Below, piece by piece: positions 13,104 through 25,851 of a stretch of DNA of 64,000 bases. The stretch comes from Anaeramoeba ignava BMAN. Its lineage: Eukaryota; Protista; Anaeramoebae. A model generated the notes under the pieces. It saw nothing but the letters and a program-made list of their open reading frames with translations, was not told the DNA's origin and searched no databases. Within the stretch, counting starts at the first letter, position 1, and the number at the start of each line of letters is the position of its first letter. The translations under genes were made by a program, and so were the position numbers. The stretch is taken from positions 62,001 through 126,000 of the forward strand of contig JAPDFW010000078.1 of the NCBI GenBank assembly GCA_028826165.1, given 5' to 3'.

Positions 13104-15182
13104 ATGACTTCAAGTGCATTTGGATTTGATAGACATATTTCAGTATTTTCACCAGAAGGAAGACTTTATCAAATTGAATATGTTTATACAGCAATTAGAG
13201 CAGCAGGAAATACAACAATAGGAGTTAGAGGAGAAGAAACTGTTTGTGTTGTTACTCAAAAAAAAGTTCCTGTAATTAAAATTCATTTTAAAATTAAAAT
13301 TAAAATTGAAATCAAAATTAAAATTAAAATTACAATTAAAATTAAAATCAAAATTAAAATTAAAATTAAATTTAAAATTAAAATTTAAAATTAAAATCAA
13401 AATTAAAATTAAAATTTAAATTCATTTTGAAATTAAAATTACAATTACAATTATAATTAAAATTAAAATTAAAATTCATTTTCAAATTAAAATTAATATT
13501 GAAATTAAAATTAAAATTAAAATTAAAATTAAAATTAAAATTAAAATTAAAATTAAAATTAAAATTAAAATTAAAATTAAAATTAAAATTAAAAATTTAA
13601 ATTCATTTTGAAATCAAAATTAAAATTAATATTAAAAATTTAAATTCATTTTGAAATCAAAATTAAAATTCATTTTGAAATTGAAATTAAAATTAAAATT
13701 AAAATTAAAATTCATTTTAAAATTTAAAATTAAAATTTAAAATTGAAATTAAAATTAAAATTCATTTTGAAATTAAAATTAAAATTAAAATTAATTTCTT
13801 TTACAATAAAAAGGATAAACTTACTGACCCAACTACTGTTACAAGTATGTTCACAATTACAAATAATATTGGTTGTGCAATGACTGGAATTAGAGGTATT
13901 TTTTCAATAATATTTCTCAAATTTTTTAAATTGAAATTAAAATCTAAAATTCAAAATTTAAAGCTGACATGAAAACAGCAGTTCAAAGATTACGATATTT
14001 TGCTCATAGATTTGAATATGAAAATGGATTTGAAATTCCAGTTTCACATCTTGCTAGAAAAATGGCAGATTTTTTCCAACTTTTTACACAACATGCATTT
14101 ATGAGACCTTTAGGATTAGGTTTATAAACAATATTTAATTTATATTTATGTTTTATATTTAAATTTATATTTATATTTATATTTATTATATTTATATTTA
14201 TATTTATATTTATATTTATATTTATATTTATATTTATATTTATATTTATATTTATATTTATATTTATATTTATATTTATATTTATATTTATATTTATATT
14301 TATATTTATATTTATATTTATATTTATATTTATATTTATATTTATATTTATATTTATATTTATATTTATATTTATATTATTTATATTTATATTTATATTT
14401 ATATTTATATTTATATTTATATTTATATTTATATTTATATTTATATTTATATTTATGTTTGTTTATATATTTATATTTATATTTATATTTATATTTATAT
14501 TTATATTTATATTTATATTTATATTTATATTTATATTTATATTTATATTTATATTTATATTTTATATTTATATTTATATTTATATTTATATTTATATTTA
14601 TATTTATATTTATATTTATATATTTATATTTATATTTATATTTATATTTATATTTATATTTATATTTATATTTATATTTATATTTATATTTATATTTATA
14701 TTTATATTTATATTTATATTTATATTATTTATATTTATATTTATATTTATATTTATATTTATATTTATATTTTTATTTATATTTATATTTATATTTATAT
14801 TTATATTTATATTTATATTTATATTTATATTTATATTTATATTTATATAGCAATAACCTTAATTGGAATTGATGAAGAAGTTGGTCCTCAATTATATAAA
14901 ATTGAACCTTCTGGTTATTTTCTTGGTTATAAAGCTACTTGTGTTGGACAAAAAGAACAAGAAGGAACTAACTTTTTAGAGAAAAAAATTAAAAAAGAAA
15001 CTAAACTTAATAAAGATGAAACAATTCAACTCGCAATTTCTTCTTTACAATCTGTTCTTGGTGTTGATTTTAGACCTTCTGATATTGAAGTTGGTATAGT
15101 TGAAAAAGATTCACCAAAATTTACTCTACTTTCTGAAGAACTAATTGATTCACATTTAACTGCAATTTCTGAAAGAGATTAA
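13104..15182 (+). CDS. PSMA6: 20S proteasome subunit alpha-1 (alpha type 6), 4 exons
   Basis: Exons 13104-13271, 13814-13895, 13964-14119 and 14851-15182 with GT-AG introns. Motifs [51 protein letters not shown] and C-terminal HLTAISERD*. Confidence 0.95.
13272..13813. repeat. (AAAATT)n-dominated microsatellite forming PSMA6 intron 1
   Basis: Visible hexamer run between the GT at 13272 and the AG at 13813. Confidence 0.9.
14150..14850. repeat. (TTTATA)n microsatellite forming PSMA6 intron 3
   Basis: Nearly pure hexamer run up to the TAG acceptor at 14850. Confidence 0.95.
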
Positions 15183-15390
15183 ATTTAAATTTCCAAAAAC
15201 AAAAATTTAAAAAAATTCAATTCAAATTTCTTTTTCTTTTTCTTTTTCTTTTTTCTTTTTTCTTTTCCAAAACAATAAAAAAAAATAAAAAGAAGAAAAA
15301 ATACTTTTTATCTTTTCTTCACTTTTCTTTTTCTTTTTCATTTTTCATTTTCTTTTTCATTTTCTTTTTTCTGTTAAAAAAGATAAATTA

Positions 15391-18300
15391 TCAATCCATT
15401 TTTTTTATATAATCAAAAGGAATATAACCTTCTTCACTTGTTTTTATATTTTTTGCAAAAACCCAACCTTGATCTTCTTCAGAAAGTAAAACAACAATAT
15501 CACCTTTTTCAATAATCATTTGTGAGTCTTCATCTTCAATATCATCAAAAGATTTACGAACAATATATTTTTCTAAATCATCTGTAACTTCATTTTCAAT
15601 AGAAATTCTTGCATGATGTTGAGCAAAATTTTCAGTATAATTTCCTCTATTTGAATCAAAAATAATTTTTAATTTTTAATTTTTAATTTTTAATTTTTAA
15701 TTTTTAAATTGATTTTGATTTTTACGGAAACATTCCTTCTTCATTTTTTTCATTTCTTCCATACCACCATCCAGTTTTACTTAATGCTAAAACTGATATT
15801 GTTTCTCCTTTACTAAATGATAAATCATGTTCTTTTTCTGAAATAAACTCAAATAATGCACTAAATTTTGGAAAAGAAAAAAATATTTGATTTTAAATTT
15901 GATTTTAATTTTAAATTTAAATTTAATTTTGATTTTAAATTTGATTTTAAATTTAATTTTAAATTTGATTTTGAATTTTGATTTTTTACATTGTTGTAAA
16001 TAACACCTCTTTTTCCTTTTCTTTTTCTTTTTGATTTTCTTTTTGATTTATATTTTGATTTTGATTTAGATTTTGATTTAAAATTTCCTTTTCCTTTTCC
16101 TTTTCCTTTTGATTTTGATTTTCATTTTCATTTTGATTTAGATTTTGATTTTGATTTTGATTTTGATTTAAAATTTCCTTTTCCTTTTCCTTTTGATTTT
16201 CATTTTGATTTAGATTTAAATTTTGATTTAAATTTTGATTTTGATTTTGATTTAAATTTTCATTTTCATTTTCTTTTTGATTTAGATTTTGATTTTGATT
16301 TTGATTTTGATTTAAATTTTGATTTTGATTTTGATTTTGATTTTCCTTTTGATTTTGATTTTGATTTTGATTTTGATTTTGATTTTGATTTAAATTTTGA
16401 TTTAAATTTTGATTTTGATTTCCTTTTGATTTCCCATTGATTTTTGCTTGAGAAATTGTAAATCCAGCAATATCTTGAAATTTATTTAAATTTTTCAAAG
16501 ATTCTTCATCATTAACTTCAAAAAAATCAGCTTGAAAAACACCAATAACACCATCTCTCGTTTCACCTTGCCACCAACCAGATTCACTTTGGCCAGTAAC
16601 ATAAACAAAATCGCCTTTTTTAAAAGATAATTCAACATCTCTTCTCGCTTCATAATCACAAACAGCACACACTTTAGGATCCCCAATATGATCTTCATCA
16701 GGATCGTATTGATAATCATTCTCATTAAATTCCTCAATTTCTATTCTTTTGATTGGTTTCTTTTTTTGTGTTGTTTTTGGTTCAATTTGAGAATTATTTT
16801 GATTTTTTGATATTTTTTTGTTTGATTCTTTTTTCTTCTTCGAATTTATTTTCTTATTTTGATTTTTGATTTTGATTTTGATTTTGATTTTGATTTTGAT
16901 TTTGATTTTGATTTGGATTTTGATTTTGATTTTTGTTTTTATTTTGATTTGGATTTTGATTTGGATTCAAATATTTCACTTTTTTCAATAAAAAATCTCC
17001 AATCACTCCATCAACAGTTTCTCCTTGAGCCCAACCATTTCCTAATTCTCCATAAATATAAATAATATCTCCCTTTTTAAAAGAAAGTTCAGACGGTTTT
17101 TTTGCTTTATATGATTTAGTTGCCTGAACTTTGATATCATTTTCATGATCATCAAATTCCTCTGTTTCTTGAATTTCAACAACAACTCTTTTATCTGGTT
17201 TTTTATTTTGAGGAAGATCTTTTGGATCTAAAGGTGAAAATATTGACGAATCTGCATTTTTAATAAGGGTTTGTCCTTCAGAAATTATATTTCGATTTTG
17301 TGGTTCATTCATTATATTTTGAATATTTTTTGCTTGAGTTTTGTTTGTATTTAAATTTCCATTATTTTTATCTAAATTTTCATTATTATTTAATGGATCA
17401 AATGCTGCAAATCCTGAAATATCTGAGAATTTATCAATGTTTGTATCTTTTGTTTCGTCAACCATTTCTATTAGATCACTTCGGAAAACTCCAATAGATT
17501 CCCTTGTTTCTCCTTGCCACCATCCAGATTCGCTTTGTCCTGTTATGAATATTATTTCCCCTTTTTTGAAAGATAATTCTACTTCTCTTTTGGCTTCATA
17601 ATCACAAATTGCTCGACATTTTGGATCTCCTTCATGATCAAGCTCAAACCAATCTTCTTCATTTTGATTTTCAATTTTATTTTCAATTTGATTTTTAATT
17701 TGAATTTGAATTTTATTTTCATTTTCAATTTGATTTTTATTTAGATTTTGATTTTGATTTTGATTTTGAATTTGATTTTGATTTTGATTTTGATTTTGAT
17801 TTAAATTTTGATTTTGAATTTGATTTTGAATTAAATTTTGATTTTGATTTATATTTTGAATTTGATTTTGATTTTGATTTTTATTTTCAATTTGATTTAT
17901 ATTTTCAATTTGATTTTTATTTTCAATTTGATTTTCAATTTGATTTTGAATTTGATTTTTATTTTGATTTTGATTTTCAATTTGATTTTGATTTTTATTT
18001 TCAATTTCGATTGGTTTCTGTTTTTCAGTTTTGTGTTCAATATTGTGATGAATAGATTTGTGTTCAATATTTTGTTTTTCAGTTTTGTTTTCATTATTTT
18101 TATGTTCAATATTGTGATGAATAGATTTGTTTTCATTATTTTTATGTTCAGTATTATGATGAATAGATTTGTGTTCAGTATTTTTATGTTCAATATTGTG
18201 ATGAATAGATTTGTGTTCAATATTATGATGAATAGATTTGTGTTCAGTATTTTTGTGTTCAATATTGTGATGAATAGATTTGTGTTCATTAGTTTGTTTT

Positions 18301-19997
18301 TCAATATTATGATGAATAGATTTGTGTTCAATATTTTTATGTTCAATATTGTGATGAATAGATTTGTGTTCAATATTATGATGAATAGATTTGTTTTCAT
18401 TATTTTTATGTTCAGTATTGTGATGAATAGATTTGTGTTCAGTATTTTGTTTTTCAATATTATGATGAATAGATTTGTGTTCAATATTTTTATGTTCAGT
18501 ATTGTGATGAATAGATTTGTGTTCAATATTATGATGAATAGATTTGTTTTCATTATTTTTATGTTCAGTATTGTGATGAATAGATTTGTGTTCAGTATTT
18601 TGTTTTTCAATTTTGTGTTCATTATTTTTGGGTTTTGAATTATTTTCTAAGCTTGAAAAGTGTTTAATTTTCTCAGATAAAGATGGAATTTTAACAAACT
18701 TTTTTGGTTCATCTTTTTGTAACATATTTTCAGATGATTTTTCTATTTTATTTTCAAATTGATTCTTTTTCACTGCTAAATTTGTTTGCTTTTGTTTCTG
18801 TAGATTTTCATTTGAAAACCTTTTTGGTTGTGTTTTATTTGTTTTATTTTGAATATTATTTGAAGATATTCTTCCTCTAATTGGTGTTTTATTTGATTGA
18901 TTTTGAATATTATTTGATTTTGGTGATGTTTTATTTGTTTTATTTTGAATATTATTTGAAGATATTCTCCCTCTAATTGGTGATTTATTTGATCGATTTT
19001 GAATATTATTTGATTTTGTTGGTGTTCTATTAGATTGATTTTGAATATTATTTGAAGATATTCTCCCTCTAATTGGTGATGTTTTATTTGATTGATTTTG
19101 AATATTATTTGATTTTGGTGATGTTCTATTAGATTGATTTTGAATATTATTTGAAGATATTCTTCCTCTAATTGGTGATTTATTTGATTGATTTTGAATA
19201 TTATTTGATTTTGGTTGTGTTCTATTAGTTTTATTTTGAATATTATTTGAAGATATTCTTCCTCTAATTGGTGATTTATTTGATTGATTTTGAATATTAT
19301 TTGATTTTGGTTGTGTTCTATTAGTTTTATTTTGAATATTATTTGAAGATATTCTCCCTCTAATTGGTGATTTATTTGATTGATTTTGAATATTATTTGA
19401 TTTTGGTGATGTTCTATTAGATTGATTTTGAATATTATTTGAAGATATTCTTCCTCTAATTGGTGTTTTATTTGATTGATTTTGAATATTATTTGATTTT
19501 GGTGATGTTCTATTAGTTTTATTTTGAATATTATTTGAAGATATTCTTCCTCTAATTGGTGATTTATTTGATTGATTTTGAATATTATTTGATCGATTTT
19601 GAATATTATTTGATTTTGGTGATGTTTTATTTGTTTTATTTTGAATATTATTTGAAGATATCCTTCCTCTAATTGGTGATTTATTTGTTTTATTTTGTTC
19701 TTGATTTGTTCTTGTTGTTTGTGAATTAGAATTTGTTTTTGTTTGAGTTGTTCTTTTTGTTTGTGTATTTGATAAAGTATTTCTGCTTGTTTTTTGTTGT
19801 GTTTTATTTTCTGGAGATACTTTTCTTTGTAATGTTCTTGTTTTTGGAGATTTTGTTGTTTTTATTTCACTTCTTTCAATTCTTTCACTTCTTGGATTGT
19901 TTATGTTTCTTGATAAATTTCTTCCTCTTGTTTGCTTGGTTTGGTTTATGTTTGTATTTCGGGAATTTTGTGGTTTGTTTTGTGATCTTGGAAACAT
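15391..19997 (-). CDS. Five-SH3-domain protein with N-terminal basic 32-aa repeats, His-rich repeats and NQ linkers (one frameshift near 16860, two introns)
   Basis: ORF 19997-16854 (2 SH3) joins ORF 16672-15986 (SH3-3) if one A is removed near 16863. Introns at ~15989-15861 and ~15725-15648 add SH3-4 (ALFEF..DLSFSKGE..GWWYG..GMFPGNY) and SH3-5 (..GWVFA..EEGYIPFDY). Stop TGA at 15393-15391. Confidence 0.85.
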
Positions 19998-20090
19998 TTT
20001 TGATTTTTTTTTTTTGCGAATTTTGAAATCAAAAAAAATGAAAAAAAAAAATGAAAAAAAATTTTTCCTTTTTCTTTTCTTTTTAAAATT

Positions 20091-20862
20091 TGATTTAGAT
20101 TTTGATTTTGATTTTGATTTAGATTTTGATTTAGATTTTGATTTTGATTTTGATTTTGATTTTGATTTTGATATTTGATTTTGATTTAGATTTAGATTTT
20201 GATTTATATTTTGATTTTGATTTTGATTTTGATTTTGATTTTGATTTAGATTTTGATTTTGATTTATATTTTGATTTAGATTTTGATTTTGATTTTGATT
20301 TTGATTTATATTTATATTTTGATTTATATTTTGATTTAGATTTAGATTTATATTTTGATTTTGATTTTGATTTAGATTTTGATTTTGATTTTGATTTTGG
20401 TTTTGATTTTGATTTTGATTTATATTTATATTTTGATTTTGATTTTGATTTTGATTTTGATTTTGATTTATATTTATATTTTGATTTAGATTTTGATATT
20501 TTGATTTTGATTTTGATTTTGATTTTGATTTTGATTTTGATTTTGATTTTGATTTTGATTTTGAATTTGATTTTGATTTTGATTTTGATTTTTATTTTCA
20601 ATTTGATTTTGATTTTGATTTTCATTTTGAATTTGATTTTGGTTTTGATTTTTATTTTTATTTTCATTTTGATTTTGATTTTGATTTTGATTTTGATTTT
20701 GATTTTGATTTATATTTAGATTTTGATTTAGATTTATATTTATATTTTAAATTTGATTTTGATTTTGATTTTTATTTTGATTTATATCTTGATTTATATT
20801 TATATTTAGATTTAGATTTATATTTTGATTTAGATTTAGATTTTGATTTTGATTTATATTTG
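20091..20862. repeat. Intergenic (GATTTT/GATTTA/TATTTA)n hexamer array
   Basis: Visible hexamer run. It explains the spurious KI/SK/DF ORFs here. Confidence 0.95.
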
Positions 20863-21360
20863 GATCAGAAAAAAAAAAAGAAAAAAAAAAGAATTTTCTT
20901 CTTTTTCTTTTCCAGTTATTTTCAAATTAATTAAATATTTTTTGATGAATATATTTTAAATAAAAAAAGTCCACTTTCTTTGAAAATATTTTTTTGATGA
21001 ATATATTTTAAATAAAAACATTTAAATTTTTCTAATTTTTTTGATCTAAATTGAATTAATTTTTCTCTTTGTTTGATATTTTTTAACTGAAAAACAAAAA
21101 TTTCAAAAACTAATTAGAAATAATATTTACAATTTAAAATTTTCAAAATGATCAAATTTAATTTTTATTTATTTTGTTCTTTAGAGGGGCAAAAGTAGAC
21201 AAAATTGGTTTTTGTTCAAAATACATAATTTGAGTTTAAAGATAAAATTGGTTTTTTTTTTAAAATAGACAATTTGAGTTTAAAAAGAAAAAAAATTTTT
21301 TATTCCAATTCATTTTTTTACTTTTAGCTTTATTTTTTATTGCTAAAAAATATCTTTGAA

Positions 21361-24300
21361 ATGAAAATCCTCTTTTTTTTAATAATTTTTACTTTGTTCT
21401 TTTTAGGTGAAACAATCAAAGAAAACAAACTTACTTATGAAGAAAAAGAAGTAGTTGAGAACTTAAAGAATAGACATGAAATTGGATTATCTAAACAAGT
21501 TTTAGAAACAATAGGATTCACACAAGAAGAATACAAAAAAGCAAAAGAAAAAGGAATCAAAAAACATGCAGCTTTTAAGAATTACTACAAAGAAAATGGA
21601 GAAATGATCAAAATGAGATATCATGTTGAACATTCAAGAGAAATCACAAATATTGATTTTGAAGAACATATTGAAGATTTCCAATTCTTAGAAAATTCAC
21701 TTGATAATTCTTCAACTTTGTTTATGAGAATAAGAAACTCAGAAGAATCACTTAAAATCACAAAAAAATGGAAAAAAGAAGATGCTATTGTTTGTGGAAA
21801 TTGTGATTATCCTTTCTATGAACCTTTGGAATTTCCTGAAGAACTAGAAGTTGATATGAAAGATGGAAGGAAAATAATGAAAATCAAACTCAAGAAAATC
21901 AATTTAGAAGAAGTAGCTCATACAATAGAAGCAACAATAACTGGACATCCTCCTTATGATCCAAATCTAACAAATCATCTTGATTCAGGTCTTGGTTGGG
22001 GTCCTTCGTATACTAAGGATTGGAATGTTGGATTTAATTATGAAGATGGAAAAGCTAAAGATATTATCCCAATTTATGGGAATTTAATTACTTGTTCAAA
22101 CTGTTACTTAAACTTAGGAATTGAATTCAAATTTCAAATCTCAATTTCTTGGTTGTCATTCAAAAAATTTGAGTTTTCAATTAGACCAACTTTTGAAGCA
22201 AGTATAGAAGCTTCACTTGAAAATGTAAATTGGAATGAAGAAAAAGAAGTGGATATTATTTCAGAAAAAGAACTTTTTTTAATGATTTTTGGGATGGGAC
22301 CACTTTCAGTTAATCTTGCTTTATATGGAGGATTAAGTACAAAATTTACAGCTGAAGTTAGTTTACAAAATATGTTGAAATATGGGAAGAAATTTATTGC
22401 TCGTGGATTCTTAGGTGTTTTTTATGAACATTCTCAAGGATGGTATAACCAATCATCTTTAGATCATCAATTCTTCACAACTTCCTTTTTTTCTAATAAT
22501 CCCGATTTAGAAATTAGTCTTGGAGTTGCTTTGATTCCCAAAATAGGTATTTCTCTTTATTCTGCAGCGAAAGTAGAATTTTCAGTTGAGCCAACTATCA
22601 CAACAGATTTCAGTGTTGACAATGAACATTGCCAACGGGGAGTTGTTGGATACAACACTTTTTTTGAGACTACTGGAAAAATTGGATTTCCTAAAATTAA
22701 ACTTCCTGTGTTTTCAGGTTTAATCAATGAATTTCTTCCACAATTTTGGGATTTCACAATTTTTGGCAAAACTGAATTAACTTGTTCAGTATGTTCAGGT
22801 TGTTTGGGAGATCAAAACTTTTCTAGAGATGATGGAAGTTATGATCCAGGAGATTATTCATCAAATCCAAACAATAAAATCATGATCCAGTTACTTTCGT
22901 TTCAAAACCTTGATGCTGATGGCATATTTGGAGATATTGATCCTTATGTTATTGCTACTTTAGGTTCGACTAGTGTTAGATCTTCTACTGCATCTGGTCA
23001 AGATCCTAATTGGAATAGTTATCCTATGAAATTCACTAATTTTGATCCTCTCTCGCAGATAACCTTTGATGTTTATGATGAAGATACTGGAAATATTGAT
23101 GGTTATATTGGATCAGGTTCTCTTTATGTTTCAGATTGTCTTCCTGATGGTTGCTCAAATCAAGCTATTCAATTATCAAGAGATGGCAATCAAAATTCTG
23201 GAACAATTTATGTAGATGTTAATACTAACATTTATGATGGAGTTCTTCATTTTCTTTCAGGAAATAATTTCCCATCTAGTTCTGGAACATATTATTTGGA
23301 ATATCAAAGACCTGGATATGCTACCTTAGAGACATCTCATTTGACTGGAGCAAATCCATTTTGGAATAAAGTATCTTGTTATTCAAATCTTGATGATGAT
23401 ACTAATTTTGCAATTCAAGCTTGGGAAGATATAACCTTGCAACCAGATGAACAAATTGGATCAAATCTTAGTTACAATTTGGGTTTATGTAATTCAACAA
23501 GATGTTATGAAAGTTATTATATTCCTGATGCTGATCCTACTTATATTACTATGGGAGTTTTTAAAGGAACTCAATCCACAATTTTTGGAAAACCTTCCGA
23601 TCCAATTTCATTTAATGATTGGAAATTGTTTGTCTTTGATATGCAAATCCCAGAAGGAGTAAGAATAATAAATTTTTATACTTATTCTCAATTTCTACGT
23701 TTTTATCTCTGGTCTCAAGGAGATTCAGTTACTTCAGTTTGCGATACTCCTTATTTTACCAAATATGGAAATGGATCTTATATTTGGGAAGATCCTCCAG
23801 CTGGTTCAACTATTTTCTCACTAAGTGCATCTGAGGCCACAACTCCTATTCTTGTTTATTTACAGAAGTATTCAAATTTTGAAGGAAAATCACAAGGAAC
23901 ATTAGCAAGTAATGCTGTTGAATTTTATGATGTTGATGTTGATCCAACAAGTGCATATGCTGATGGGATGTTCATTTATGCATCAACAACCTCTTTGGAA
24001 GCTGGAAAAACAGGTGATCCTGATCTTTTTATTTGGGATTACAACAATAATGAATGGTCTGCTTTTTCAATCACAAGTTTAGTAGATGAAGAACTTCTAA
24101 TTGCTGGATATAACTGCATAAATGCTCCTTCAGTATGTGATTGGATTTGGTCTTGGGATACTCAAATTCCTGGAATTTATCAAATGTCAATTGCTGTTTT
24201 TGCTTATCAAACATCAGTTCAATATTCTTTATCTTTAGGACCTTATTGGAATTTGATTCCTGGAAAAGAAACAACTTTAACATCAGTCCTTAACTCACTT

Positions 24301-25851
24301 ATTCTTCTTGAAATGATGATTCCTGATGGATCTGATATTCTTGGTTTACAGATTACTGCTGATCAAACTCTTCCTGAAAATTTTGTTGCTTCTGTTTATC
24401 TTTGTTCCAAAATTGTTAATTCTATGGATAGTCATATTTTCCCATCTCCAACAAATTTCCTTTATTCCTTCAATTTTTCTGATGTTAATGCTTCTGGTTT
24501 TCTTACATTCTCTAATTTTGGTGATGCTTATGCTGCAATTTATTTCTCAGAACCTTATGATGGAACTTTCACAGCTACTTTTAACTCTTGGGCTCAAATA
24601 ACATCTTATGAACCAATTCAAAGAGAAACAAACAATGATAATGAAATTCAATATTTCTATTACAAAGTAGTTTCTCGAGATGATACAACTAATTCACAAG
24701 TAATAATTAATTTGCAAAAAAACACAACTGATTCGAACGATACTGCAACATACATTATCTATGCTTCATTATCAACTTGGTATCCAGGTCCATCTTCATA
24801 TGATCAGATGCAAACAGGAAATATGGAAGGAACATCAATGAGCTTCTCAGCTCCATATGGAACAACTGTTTTCTTTTCAATTTATCGAACAACAGGTCGT
24901 CCTTATTCTGTTTATCAAATTAATGTTGCTGAATTTTTCCTTCCTCAATACAAAGGTTGGACCTATTTTACTTCCTTTTTAAACACAGAAAGATTTGTTA
25001 TGACAACTCCTCCATTTTTAACAAATGGAATGGTTTTGAAAATTGAGAATATGACAGAAACTTTAACTGTTTTCCTTGCTTTGAATGATTCTTTAATTAT
25101 TGAATACACAGATTGGGTATCAACTTCTTCTGAAAACTCTGATTTTGTTATAACAGCTGAATCATTATCTTCAAGAGGAGTTACTGTTGATGATACTTTG
25201 TATTTCAACATCATTCCTTCATCTCAAGATAATCCTTATTTTAAATTTGTTGATTTAATAAAACCTACTATTTCAATTTATTCTGATATTGATGATGAAA
25301 AAATTCGATCAGGAAATGCTTGGATTAACTTTACACTTTCAGAAGGAGATATTGTTTTTCAAGAAACCATTAGTTTTGAACCAATTATTTCAAACATGTT
25401 TATTGATTCTTTTTCATCTGATTTATCTATATCAACTGGATGGATTGATATTGTTGCACCTTCACTTAAAACAGATTTCAATACAACATTAAACATTTCA
25501 ATAGATTTAAGAAGTGTATTGATTAGAATTCCAGCATTAAGTGAATATTATATAACAGAAGATGAAACATTAACAATTAATTTTGATGATCAATGCTTCT
25601 TTCCAATAATTGGTTTTTCATCAGTTCAATTAGTAATTCCAACAAGTGTTGTACCAACACCAACTCCAACTCCTCTTCATATTTCATCAGAGTCATCTAA
25701 TGTTGGTTTAATTTCTGGGATTGTTGTTTCTTCTGTTGTGTTAATTGTTGCTGTTGTGGGAATTAGTTTTTACTTAATCAAAAAGAAAAAGAAAAACAAT
25801 AACAATGATAACAGTGAAATCGATTCATATTTGATGGAAGATTTTAAGTGA
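21361..25851 (+). CDS. Large intronless type I membrane protein: signal peptide, beta-rich Cys-containing N-domain, two extracellular C2(-like) domains, further beta-sandwich domains, C-terminal TM helix
   Basis: Long open ORF. The first ATG at 21361 gives signal-like MKILFFLIIFTLFFLG. C2 motif LDADGIFGDIDPYV..G..RS..DPNWN..F..ITFDVYDED..D.YIG at ~22875-23230. PTPTPTP stalk, then TM GLISGIVVSSVVLIVAVVGISFYLI followed by KKKKK. Confidence 0.85.
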   Translation: MKILFFLIIFTLFFLGETIKENKLTYEEKEVVENLKNRHEIGLSKQVLETIGFTQEEYKKAKEKGIKKHAAFKNYYKENGEMIKMRYHVEHSREITNIDFEEHIEDFQFLENSLDNSSTLFMRIRNSEESLKITKKWKKEDAIVCGNCDYPFYEPLEFPEELEVDMKDGRKIMKIKLKKINLEEVAHTIEATITGHPPYDPNLTNHLDSGLGWGPSYTKDWNVGFNYEDGKAKDIIPIYGNLITCSNCYLNLGIEFKFQISISWLSFKKFEFSIRPTFEASIEASLENVNWNEEKEVDIISEKELFLMIFGMGPLSVNLALYGGLSTKFTAEVSLQNMLKYGKKFIARGFLGVFYEHSQGWYNQSSLDHQFFTTSFFSNNPDLEISLGVALIPKIGISLYSAAKVEFSVEPTITTDFSVDNEHCQRGVVGYNTFFETTGKIGFPKIKLPVFSGLINEFLPQFWDFTIFGKTELTCSVCSGCLGDQNFSRDDGSYDPGDYSSNPNNKIMIQLLSFQNLDADGIFGDIDPYVIATLGSTSVRSSTASGQDPNWNSYPMKFTNFDPLSQITFDVYDEDTGNIDGYIGSGSLYVSDCLPDGCSNQAIQLSRDGNQNSGTIYVDVNTNIYDGVLHFLSGNNFPSSSGTYYLEYQRPGYATLETSHLTGANPFWNKVSCYSNLDDDTNFAIQAWEDITLQPDEQIGSNLSYNLGLCNSTRCYESYYIPDADPTYITMGVFKGTQSTIFGKPSDPISFNDWKLFVFDMQIPEGVRIINFYTYSQFLRFYLWSQGDSVTSVCDTPYFTKYGNGSYIWEDPPAGSTIFSLSASEATTPILVYLQKYSNFEGKSQGTLASNAVEFYDVDVDPTSAYADGMFIYASTTSLEAGKTGDPDLFIWDYNNNEWSAFSITSLVDEELLIAGYNCINAPSVCDWIWSWDTQIPGIYQMSIAVFAYQTSVQYSLSLGPYWNLIPGKETTLTSVLNSLILLEMMIPDGSDILGLQITADQTLPENFVASVYLCSKIVNSMDSHIFPSPTNFLYSFNFSDVNASGFLTFSNFGDAYAAIYFSEPYDGTFTATFNSWAQITSYEPIQRETNNDNEIQYFYYKVVSRDDTTNSQVIINLQKNTTDSNDTATYIIYASLSTWYPGPSSYDQMQTGNMEGTSMSFSAPYGTTVFFSIYRTTGRPYSVYQINVAEFFLPQYKGWTYFTSFLNTERFVMTTPPFLTNGMVLKIENMTETLTVFLALNDSLIIEYTDWVSTSSENSDFVITAESLSSRGVTVDDTLYFNIIPSSQDNPYFKFVDLIKPTISIYSDIDDEKIRSGNAWINFTLSEGDIVFQETISFEPIISNMFIDSFSSDLSISTGWIDIVAPSLKTDFNTTLNISIDLRSVLIRIPALSEYYITEDETLTINFDDQCFFPIIGFSSVQLVIPTSVVPTPTPTPLHISSESSNVGLISGIVVSSVVLIVAVVGISFYLIKKKKKNNNNDNSEIDSYLMEDFK

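Noticed and set aside
14455-14872. FI/YL-repeat ORFs, and similar KI, DF, IL, FN and FH ORFs at 13149, 17838, 20131, 26049, 27164, 36678, 42663 and 60692
   Set aside because: These are stop-free frames of hexamer or 12-mer microsatellites in introns, intergenic DNA or antisense to NQ-rich exons.
21340-21360. ORF-track start at 21340 (TTG), and 44623 for RCC1-BTB copy 1
   Set aside because: ATG 21361 gives a clean signal peptide, and ATG 44674 matches the starts of the paralogs and follows the initiator-like motif.
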